Below, piece by piece: positions 27,853-35,621 of a DNA stretch of 64,000 bases. Numbering within the stretch: the stretch's first letter is position 1; every line of letters begins with the position of its first letter. Position numbers and translations under genes: made by a program. The stretch lies in contig JBBIQA010000001.1 of the NCBI GenBank assembly GCA_037442565.1, positions 15,331-79,330 on the forward strand, in the 5' to 3' direction. The DNA is from Rhodospirillales bacterium. Lineage in GTDB: Bacteria; Pseudomonadota; Alphaproteobacteria; Acetobacterales; Acetobacteraceae. Below the pieces are notes generated by a model. That model was not told where the DNA came from and searched no databases. It saw only the letters and a program-made list of their open reading frames with translations.

Positions 27853-29239
27853 CCGGCCGGCGGGGGGCAGAAGCGCGACGAGCGACGATCCCACCCTGCC
27901 GGTGGTTCTCGAGTTCCAGTCGCCGTCGGCCGGCATCCTGGCGATGCCGGTGCCTCGCTCCGCCCGCGGCACGGTCTGGGTCATCGGGTCGATGTTCGCC
28001 GCCTGCGTGGTGGCGCTTGGCGTGATCCATGTCGACCGCGTGGTGACCGCCACCGGGCGGGTGGTATCCCGGTCGGCCAACATCGTCGTGCAGCCGCTGG
28101 AAACCGCCATTGTGCGCTCGATCGAGGTGCATGAGGGGCAGCAGGTCCATGCCGGCGACCTGCTGGCGCGGCTCGATCCCACCTTCGCGGTCGCCGATCA
28201 GGGCGCGCTGGTCGCGCAGGTCGACAGCCTGCAGGCCGAGGTATCCCGACTGCAGGCGGAAGCCGACGGCAAGCCCTTTACCTACACCGGCCTCGACCCG
28301 TCGCTGTCGCTGCAGTCGGCGATCTACGCCCAGCGCGCGGCCGAGCGCAGCTATAAGCTGGAGAACTACCGCCAGAAGATCGACGGCCTGCAGGCCACCG
28401 TGAACCGCTCCGAGGCCGACGCCGCGGCGTTCCGCAGCCGCCTCGCCGTCGCCCAGGATGTCGAGGCCATGCGCAAGAATCTCGAAAGGCTGCAGGTCGG
28501 CAGCAAGCTGAATTCGCTGGCCGCGACCGACAGCCGCCTGGAGATCGCCCGCGGCCTGGCTTCCGCCATCGAGACCGGGGAGACCGCCAAGCGTGACCTG
28601 AAGGCGATGGAAGCCGAGCGCGACGGCTACATCCAGACCTGGCGGGCACAGACCTCGCAATCCCTCACCGAGCAGGTTCGCAAGCTCAGCGACGCCCGCG
28701 AACAGCTGAACAAGGCGCAACTGCGCCGCAAGCTGGTGGAACTGCGCGCCGACCGTGACGCCACGGTGCTGACCCTGGCGCGGGTATCGGTCGGTTCGGT
28801 GCTGCAATCGGGAGAGCAGTTCATAACCCTGGTGCCGACCGACGCACCGATGGAGGTCGAAGCCAACATCGCCGGGCGCGACGACGGCTTCGTGCATGTC
28901 GGCGACCCCGTCGCGGTGAAGTTCGACACCTTCCCGTTCAGCCTGTACGGCATGGCCGAGGGCACGGTGCGCATCGTCAGCCCGGATAGCTTCACCGCCG
29001 CGGACACGCAGTCCAGCCGGAGCCCCGGGGCCGTGCCGCTACCGGGCAATTCGCCGGAGCCTTACTACCGCGCGCGGATCTCCATCGACCAGGTCAACCT
29101 GCACAACGTGCCGCCTAACTTCCGGATCAGCCCGGGCATGCCGGTCACCGCGGACGTCAAGGTCGGCAAGCGCACCGTCCTGAGCTACCTGCTGGGCCGC
29201 ATCCTGCCGGTCACCCAGGAGGGGATGCGCGAGCCGTGA
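27815..29239 (+). CDS. HlyD family type I secretion periplasmic adaptor (membrane fusion protein)
   Basis: VLEFQSPSAGILAMPVP N-terminus, one TM helix, long coiled-coil (LQAEVSRLQAEADG...), and a C-terminal ISPGMPVTADVKVGKRTVLSYLL motif. Overlaps the ABC gene by 38 nt. Confidence 0.92.
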   Translation: MQRSLLPSSKATNRPAGGRSATSDDPTLPVVLEFQSPSAGILAMPVPRSARGTVWVIGSMFAACVVALGVIHVDRVVTATGRVVSRSANIVVQPLETAIVRSIEVHEGQQVHAGDLLARLDPTFAVADQGALVAQVDSLQAEVSRLQAEADGKPFTYTGLDPSLSLQSAIYAQRAAERSYKLENYRQKIDGLQATVNRSEADAAAFRSRLAVAQDVEAMRKNLERLQVGSKLNSLAATDSRLEIARGLASAIETGETAKRDLKAMEAERDGYIQTWRAQTSQSLTEQVRKLSDAREQLNKAQLRRKLVELRADRDATVLTLARVSVGSVLQSGEQFITLVPTDAPMEVEANIAGRDDGFVHVGDPVAVKFDTFPFSLYGMAEGTVRIVSPDSFTAADTQSSRSPGAVPLPGNSPEPYYRARISIDQVNLHNVPPNFRISPGMPVTADVKVGKRTVLSYLLGRILPVTQEGMREP

Positions 29240-29318
29240 TACCCGTGCCGGCCAGCTTCTCCGCACCCGCCCCGGCTTCGCCGCGCCGCCTCCGGATCGG
29301 AAGCAAGGCGTTCACCTC

Positions 29319-31166
29319 ATGAAGCCGTTCGATCGGATCCATTCCATCCTCTCCCCGGCGGCGGCTCTGCGCCGGGCCACCGCCCTCGCGGCCCGCGACG
29401 AGCATGCCCACGCCTTCCCCCTCTATGTTCGCGCCGCCCGCGGCGGACTGGCCGAGGCCGAGTATCGCGTCGGGCGCAGCTACCTCGAAGGCGCGGGTGT
29501 GCCGCGCAGCCAGGTCGAGGGCATCCGCTGGCTCGAGCGCGCCGCCGCCCACGGCCATATCGAGGCGATGTCCCTGCTTGCCGCGCTCTACATCCACGGC
29601 ATCGGCGGTCCCCGCGATGCCGCCCTCGCCGCAGGCGGTGTCCCCGGCGAAACCCAGGGCGCAACCCAGGGCGGAACCGCCGCCAGCCTGCTGTTCTCCA
29701 GCAACCAAACCCAGGAACCGGATTTCGCCGCCGCCGCCCATTGGGCCCGGATGGCTGCCGAGGCGGGCTCCGCCGACGGCCAAGCCGTGCTCGCCTATCT
29801 GCTGACCTCCGGCCCCGAGGACATGCGCGACCTCGCGGAGGCGCATCTCTGGTACGAACGCTCGGCCGAGGCCGGCTGCCCGCAAGGCGCGCTCGGCTTC
29901 GCCCTTTCCCTGGCACGCGACGCGAAGGAGGAGGCAACCCACCAACGCGTCGTGCACTACCTCACCCGCGCGGCGGAAACCGACCTACCGACGGCGCTGT
30001 ATCTGCTCGGCGTGCTGCATGAACGTGGTGTCGGCGTGGAGCGCGATACCGCCGCCGCGGCCCAGCTCTACCGCCGCGCCGCGGAAAAGGGCAACCGCTC
30101 CGGCCAGGCGCGCTGGGGCCTGGCGCTGATGGAGGGCCAGGGCGTCGACGCCAACCCGTCGGAGGGCGAATCCTGGCTGCGCCGCGCGGCGCTGGCGGGC
30201 GACCCCGAGGCCGCCGCCCTGGTCGGCGACATATACGCCAAGGGCGGCGCATTGCCGCCGAACTATGCCGAAGCGGCGATCTGGATGCGCCGCGCCGCCG
30301 AGGCCGGCCACGCCGGTGCCGCCCGCACGCTCGGCCTGCTGCACCTGACCGGCGCCGGCGTCGCCCCCGACCAGGAAGAAGCCGCCCGCTGGCTGCGCGT
30401 CGCCGGCGAAGCCGGCGACAAGCACGCCCAAGCCGATCTCGCCAACCTGGTGCTGAAGGGCGTCGGCGGCACGGACGACCTGTTGCGCACCCGCCAATGG
30501 TTCGAGCAGGCGGCCGCCTCCGGCGATCTGGTCGCCGCCTTCAACTATGGCGTCTGCCTCGCCCAGGGCGTCGGCGTTCCCAAGGACGAAAAGCAGGCCG
30601 CGGTATGGATGCGCCGGGCGGCCGAAGGGGTGGTCAACGCGCAGTATTGGTACGGCCGCATGCTGATCGAGGGCAAGGGCGTGCCGGTGGACCTGGAAGC
30701 CGGCCGCTCCTGGATCGCCCGGGCCGCCGATATCGGCATGCTGGACGCCGAAGTGGCGCTGGCCGACATGCTGCTCAACGGCAAGGGCGGCCCGCGCGAC
30801 CATGGCATGGCGCTGGGATTGTTCGAGAAGGCGGCGGCCAAGGGCCATGTCGGCGCCTGCTTCGCCGTCGGCGCGATGCTGGGCGGCGGGCATGAGGTAC
30901 CGACCGACCGCGTCAGCGCCCAGCGCTGGTTCCAGCAGGCGGCCGAGCGCGGCCATCCGGTGGCCCAGATGATGCTGGGCCGCTACCTCACGCGCGGCCT
31001 GGCCGGCGAGATCGACCCGGTTCGCGCCCGGCACTGGCTGAACCAGGCCGTCGCCAACGGCCAGACCGAAGCGTCGCGCGACCTGGCGGCGCTGGATCTG
31101 GCCGAGCGCAACAATCCGACGCAGCCATCCGAAGGGGCCCCGATCGCCCGCGCGGTCGGGCTCTGA
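29319..31166 (+). CDS. Sel1-like repeat (SLR/TPR-family) protein, 615 aa, no signal peptide
   Basis: More than ten repeats of the Sel1 pattern (AEAEYRVGRSYLEGAGVPRSQVEGIRWLERAAAHGH, and so on). The N-terminus has no hydrophobic leader. Confidence 0.9.
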   Translation: MKPFDRIHSILSPAAALRRATALAARDEHAHAFPLYVRAARGGLAEAEYRVGRSYLEGAGVPRSQVEGIRWLERAAAHGHIEAMSLLAALYIHGIGGPRDAALAAGGVPGETQGATQGGTAASLLFSSNQTQEPDFAAAAHWARMAAEAGSADGQAVLAYLLTSGPEDMRDLAEAHLWYERSAEAGCPQGALGFALSLARDAKEEATHQRVVHYLTRAAETDLPTALYLLGVLHERGVGVERDTAAAAQLYRRAAEKGNRSGQARWGLALMEGQGVDANPSEGESWLRRAALAGDPEAAALVGDIYAKGGALPPNYAEAAIWMRRAAEAGHAGAARTLGLLHLTGAGVAPDQEEAARWLRVAGEAGDKHAQADLANLVLKGVGGTDDLLRTRQWFEQAAASGDLVAAFNYGVCLAQGVGVPKDEKQAAVWMRRAAEGVVNAQYWYGRMLIEGKGVPVDLEAGRSWIARAADIGMLDAEVALADMLLNGKGGPRDHGMALGLFEKAAAKGHVGACFAVGAMLGGGHEVPTDRVSAQRWFQQAAERGHPVAQMMLGRYLTRGLAGEIDPVRARHWLNQAVANGQTEASRDLAALDLAERNNPTQPSEGAPIARAVGL

Positions 31167-31177
31167 TCCGCCGCGCC

Positions 31178-34100
31178 ATGGCCGCGCCTGTGCCGGAACC
31201 GGTGGACCCGGCCAAAGCCGGGCCAGCGGCCGGCGCCGACGCCGGGGAAAACGGGCCCGATCACGCCAAACTCGCCGGCGAGGCGTTAGCCCAGGGCCAG
31301 GAAGCCGCCGCCCGGGGCGACGCCGAGGCCGCTCGGCGCTGGTTCGACCGCGCCAGCCGCCTCGCGCCCGGCGACGACACCGCGACGCTCTGCCTCGCCA
31401 GCGCCTGCCTGAACCACGACAACGCCCGCGCCGCCGGACTGTTCGAGCAGGTGCTGGAACGCCACGATCTGCAGCCGGCCTGGATCGGCCTCGCGCTCGC
31501 CCGGCTGCGGCTCGGCCAGGCCGCGCCGGCCGCCCAGGCCCTGGCCGCCGCGCTCGGCCGCTTCGCGATCATCCGCCGCGACGACTTCGCCCCCATCGCC
31601 GACGCGATCGTGCAGGCAACGCAGGTTCCAGGCTGGTGCGGCCTGCAATGGCCCGGCGCGGGCCCAGGCCGTTCCGCGCCGGACGGCATGCTGTGTGTCG
31701 GTCCGCCTGGCCCTGCCGAAGTCGCGCTGGACGGCCAGCCCGTCGCCGCGCGCGTCACCCGCCACGGCCTGCGACTGCCGCCCCGCTGGCAGCAGGCCCG
31801 GCGCCTGGATGTCCATCGCAACGGCCAGCCCCTGCTCGGCAGCCCGATCGACATCGCCGCGCTCCGGCGTACCGAGGGCTGCGTCTGGGCGAGCGAAGGC
31901 GATGACGGGGTCGCGGGCGATGGGGGCCTGGAAGGCTGGGCCTGGCATCCCGCCAATCCCGAAGCCGACCCGGTGCTGACCCTGCGGGCACTGTCCGACC
32001 CCGCCGCGCCGGCCGGCCGCCGGAACCAACCGCCCGGCCGGACCCTCACCCTCACCCCCAGCGATCATGCCGCCTCTGTCATCGGCACGGCGATCCTGGC
32101 GCGGCCGAGACGGTTCCGCGTTTCGGCCCAGGCACTGGCCGCGCTGGCGGGAAACGGCCCCATCGGACAGATCAGCATCACCGGCGCCGACGGAAGACAG
32201 CTTTCCGGCAGCCCGCTCGACCCCGGGGTGCTGCACCGCGAGGCGGTCGCCGCCGCCCTGGCGATCGCGGCGCGCTTTCCGGCCGGCCCCCCGGCCAAAC
32301 GGGCCTCCCGCCGCCCGCCGGTGGATGTCGTCATCCCCGTGCATGGTGGCGGCCGGATCACGCTGGATTGCATCGACACGGTTCTGGCCACCCTGCCCCG
32401 CGCCAGCCGCCTGGTGGTGGTGGACGACGCCTCTCCCGAAACCGGCGACAACGCAGATCTCGCCCACGCGCTGGACCGCCTGGCCACCAGGCGGCGCATC
32501 CGGCTGATCCGTCATGCCGCCAATCTCGGTTTTCCCGCCAGCGCCAATGCCGGGCTGCGGGCCTGCGCAGGGCGCGACGCGGTGCTGCTGAACAGCGACA
32601 CGCTGGTGCCGCCCAACTGGCTGGAACGGCTGCGCGACGCCGCCTACAGCGCCGGCAATATTGGAACCGTCACGCCGTTGTCGAACGACGCGACCATCCT
32701 CAGCTATCCCCATCCGAGCGCCGCCAGCCCGGCCCCCACCCTGGCCGAAACCGAATGCCTGGACCGGCTTGCCGCACAGGCCAACGGCGCCGGCGTGATC
32801 GACATCCCCACCGCGGTCGGCTTCTGCATGTATATCCGCCGCGACTGCCTGGACGCGGTCGGCGCCCTGCGCGAGGACCTGTTCGCCCAGGGCTACGGCG
32901 AGGAGAACGATTTCTGCATGCGCGCCCGCCATCTCGGCTGGCGCCACGTCGCCGCGCCGGGCGTCTTCATCGCGCACCGCTCCGGCCAGTCCTTCGGCAG
33001 CGCGCGGGCACACCTGCTGTCGCGCAACGCCGCGGTGCTGGACCGGCTGCACCCGGGCTACGCCGCCCTGGTCGCCCGGCACGGCCTGGCCGACCCGCTG
33101 GCCCACGCGCGCCGGCGGATCGACGCGGCCCGATGGCGGGAAGGCGCCAAGCGAGGCGGGGGCCAACGAAGCGGGGCCCGCCGGAAGGCCATGATCCTGG
33201 TCACCCATTTTCACGGCGGCGGCACCGAACGCCAGCTGCGCGTGCAGATCGAGGCCGCCCGCCAGGCCGGGCAGCGCCCGATCGTGCTGCGCCCGGCCCG
33301 CCTGCCGGACGGCTCGACGGCCGTCATGCTCGGGGACGGCGAGGCCACCGAGTACCCCAATCTGCGCTTCGCCCTGCCCGCCGAATTGCCCGCCGTGATC
33401 CGCCTGCTCGCCGCCGAGCGACCGGTCGCGGCGCAGGTGCATCATCTGCTCGGCCACGATCCGTCGGTGCTGCAAATCCTGGCGAAACTCGCCCTTCCCT
33501 ACGACGTCCACGTCCACGACTTCGCCGCCTTCTGCCCGCGCGTCGGCCTGCTCGGCCCCGAAAGGCGATATTGCGGCGAGCCCGACATCGCCCGGTGCGA
33601 GGCCTGCATCGCCGATATCGGCCGCAAGGACGGGCTGGACATCCCGGTGGCGGAACTGCGACGGCAATCGGCCGGCCTGTTCGCCGCCGCCGCCCGCGTC
33701 GTGGCGCCCTCGAACGACACCGCCACCCGGATCCGGCGGCACTTCCCGGCCATCGAGCCGGCCGTCGTCGAGCATGGCGACGACCGGGCCGTCGCCGACC
33801 CGCCGCCGCCCCGGCTGGTGCGCCGATCCGGGCTCGGGGGAAGTGCGGAATCGACGGGCCAGCCCGGCCAGGCGATCTGCCGCGTCGCCGTGATCGGCGC
33901 CATCGGCCTCGAAAAAGGCTACGAGGTGCTGCTGGCCTGCGCGCGCGACGCCGCCTGGCGGAACCTGCCGCTTGAATTCATCGTGATCGGCCACAGCATC
34001 GACGACGCCCGCCTGCTGGCCACCGGACGGGTCTTCATCACCGGGGAATACCGCCCGGAGGAGGCCGTGGACCTGATCCGCGCCCAGCAGGCCTCGCTCG

Positions 34101-34315
34101 CGCTGATCCCGTCGATCTGGCCGGAAACCTGGTGCTTCACCCTGACCGAGGCGTGGCAGGCCGGCCTGCAAGCCGCCTGCTTCGACATCGGCGCGCCGGC
34201 CGAACGCATCCGGCGCAGCGGGCGCGGCATGGTCCTGCCGCTCGGACTGCCCGCCGGCGCCATCAATCATCAAATGATGACGGCAACCGGCCTCGCGCGA
34301 GACGAAAGGGCCTGA
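31178..34315 (+). CDS. Multidomain glycosyltransferase: N-terminal TPR-like region + linker + GT2 (GT-A) domain + C-terminal GT4-like (GT-B) domain
   Basis: TPR-like helices at about aa 20-130. GT2 motifs VDVVIPVHGG, VVVDDASPE, LLNSDT and GFCMYIRR. The C-terminal GT-B half (MILVTHFHGGGTERQ...) carries an E-x7-E motif (PETWCFTLTEAW). No TM segments. Confidence 0.88.
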   Translation: MAAPVPEPVDPAKAGPAAGADAGENGPDHAKLAGEALAQGQEAAARGDAEAARRWFDRASRLAPGDDTATLCLASACLNHDNARAAGLFEQVLERHDLQPAWIGLALARLRLGQAAPAAQALAAALGRFAIIRRDDFAPIADAIVQATQVPGWCGLQWPGAGPGRSAPDGMLCVGPPGPAEVALDGQPVAARVTRHGLRLPPRWQQARRLDVHRNGQPLLGSPIDIAALRRTEGCVWASEGDDGVAGDGGLEGWAWHPANPEADPVLTLRALSDPAAPAGRRNQPPGRTLTLTPSDHAASVIGTAILARPRRFRVSAQALAALAGNGPIGQISITGADGRQLSGSPLDPGVLHREAVAAALAIAARFPAGPPAKRASRRPPVDVVIPVHGGGRITLDCIDTVLATLPRASRLVVVDDASPETGDNADLAHALDRLATRRRIRLIRHAANLGFPASANAGLRACAGRDAVLLNSDTLVPPNWLERLRDAAYSAGNIGTVTPLSNDATILSYPHPSAASPAPTLAETECLDRLAAQANGAGVIDIPTAVGFCMYIRRDCLDAVGALREDLFAQGYGEENDFCMRARHLGWRHVAAPGVFIAHRSGQSFGSARAHLLSRNAAVLDRLHPGYAALVARHGLADPLAHARRRIDAARWREGAKRGGGQRSGARRKAMILVTHFHGGGTERQLRVQIEAARQAGQRPIVLRPARLPDGSTAVMLGDGEATEYPNLRFALPAELPAVIRLLAAERPVAAQVHHLLGHDPSVLQILAKLALPYDVHVHDFAAFCPRVGLLGPERRYCGEPDIARCEACIADIGRKDGLDIPVAELRRQSAGLFAAAARVVAPSNDTATRIRRHFPAIEPAVVEHGDDRAVADPPPPRLVRRSGLGGSAESTGQPGQAICRVAVIGAIGLEKGYEVLLACARDAAWRNLPLEFIVIGHSIDDARLLATGRVFITGEYRPEEAVDLIRAQQASLALIPSIWPETWCFTLTEAWQAGLQAACFDIGAPAERIRRSGRGMVLPLGLPAGAINHQMMTATGLARDERA

Positions 34316-34392
34316 TAAACCGTCGCGGCAGACGATCGGCGCGAGCCTGTTGGCGCGAGCTTTTTTTCGAGTGACCCTATCGAGGTAAGTGC

Positions 34393-35541
34393 ATGTCCGA
34401 GACGAGACCAGCGCCAGCGGAAAGCGGCCAGAAGCGGATCACCGAATTGCGGGTGTCCGGCCATCTGATGACCCTGGAGACCGGCACATTCTGCGTCTTC
34501 CACGCGCCGGGCTCCGCCGCCGGCGACCCCGCGCTCGGCCTGCCGGGCGTGCGCATCTCGCTGCCGCCGGGGCCGGTGCACAACCAGGACCAGGTCAGCA
34601 TCAGCACGTTCCGCCCCGACGGCTGGTTGGGCGGCTCCGATTCCGCGGCGCTGATCCGTGTCGCCTCCGGCCCGGCCCAGGTGCTAGTAACGATCTACCA
34701 GGCCCCCGGGCAAGGCAACGAGAACGCCCCGAAGCTGCAGGTGCTGCGCCTCAGCCCAGAGCCGCAGCCGGCGTCCGCGGCGGCGCCCGGCCAGGCGAAG
34801 CCGGCCGACGCGGCGGTGCCATCGGGCGCCGGCAAGGCCGGCGCGGCGGCGCCGGCCGGCGAACGCCCGGGCATTGAGGGCACGCCGGACATCATCGTGC
34901 ACCGCCAGGTGGTCGGCGACGTCGCCAGCCGGATCGGCGAATGGGCCGGCGAACGCGCCAGCCGAAACTGGATCGAAGGGTTCTCGATCCTGCCGCCGTC
35001 GCCGCTGAAGGCCGAGGACATCGAATACCAGGCCGTGCTCGGCCGCGGCTGGCTGTCGCCCTGGGTCAATGGCGGCCAGTTCTGCGGCAGCCGCGGCATG
35101 GCGCTGCCCCTGCTCGGCCTGCGGCTGCGGCTGAAGGGGGACGCGGCCGAACGCTATGACTGCGTCTGCCACGCCAGCTTCATCGACGGCACGCAGGTCG
35201 GCCCGCTGCCGGCCGGCGCCGCCTGCGAGGCGGAGAGCCTGGCCCCGCTGGAAGCCTTCCAGATCATCATCGAGCCCAAAGCGGCAGCCCGTAGGGCGAC
35301 GCCGGCACCAGCGCCAGCACATGCGAAAGCCCAGGCGGCCCCGCCGGTGCAAGCCACGCCAGCAGCCGCGCGGATGGTGCCGGCCAAGGCGAAGCCCATG
35401 GCGAAGTCCGCGCCTGCAAAGCCGGTCGCCAAGGGAAAGGCGGCCGCACCGTCCAAACCCGCCGCGGCGAAACCGGCGGCCAAAGCCAGGCCCAGCGCAG
35501 CGGCGAAGCGCCCCTCGCCATCGGGCACACGGGCCCGCTGA
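34393..35541 (+). CDS. Hypothetical protein: N-terminal beta-rich domain, three ChW-like repeats, Ala/Lys/Pro-rich basic C-terminal tail
   Basis: GAGGT Shine-Dalgarno 6 nt before the ATG. Internal three-fold repeat at aa 166-293. The tail at aa 296-382 is rich in AKP/KPAA-type motifs. No signal peptide and no GGxGxD repeats. Confidence 0.75.
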   Translation: MSETRPAPAESGQKRITELRVSGHLMTLETGTFCVFHAPGSAAGDPALGLPGVRISLPPGPVHNQDQVSISTFRPDGWLGGSDSAALIRVASGPAQVLVTIYQAPGQGNENAPKLQVLRLSPEPQPASAAAPGQAKPADAAVPSGAGKAGAAAPAGERPGIEGTPDIIVHRQVVGDVASRIGEWAGERASRNWIEGFSILPPSPLKAEDIEYQAVLGRGWLSPWVNGGQFCGSRGMALPLLGLRLRLKGDAAERYDCVCHASFIDGTQVGPLPAGAACEAESLAPLEAFQIIIEPKAAARRATPAPAPAHAKAQAAPPVQATPAAARMVPAKAKPMAKSAPAKPVAKGKAAAPSKPAAAKPAAKARPSAAAKRPSPSGTRAR

Positions 35542-35621
35542 GGCCGCGGGACCCACGCAACCATGCTGATTTCAGGCTGGCACGGTCCTAGGCGCCGCAT
35601 GGGGTCACGGCGCCTGCCCCG

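Noticed and set aside
31286-34273. 995-aa - strand ORF antisense to the TPR-GT2-GT4 gene, and similarly 26179-28182 antisense to the ABC gene
   Set aside because: Shadow ORFs. Their composition is dominated by R, G, A, P and D with no recognisable domain, whereas the + strand frames carry Walker, GT2 and GT4 motifs.
34336-34367. Intrinsic terminator between the large GT gene and the 382-aa gene (a T7 run at 34361-34367)
   Set aside because: The sequence before the T-run is a direct repeat (ggcgcgagc twice), not an inverted one. I could find no stem better than 3 bp, so it is not a credible hairpin terminator.
34393-35541. Classical RTX-type T1SS substrate
   Set aside because: No GGxGxDxUx nonapeptide repeats are present, and the C-terminus is strongly basic rather than the usual acidic or amphipathic secretion signal. 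It is kept only as a non-canonical cargo or acceptor hypothesis.
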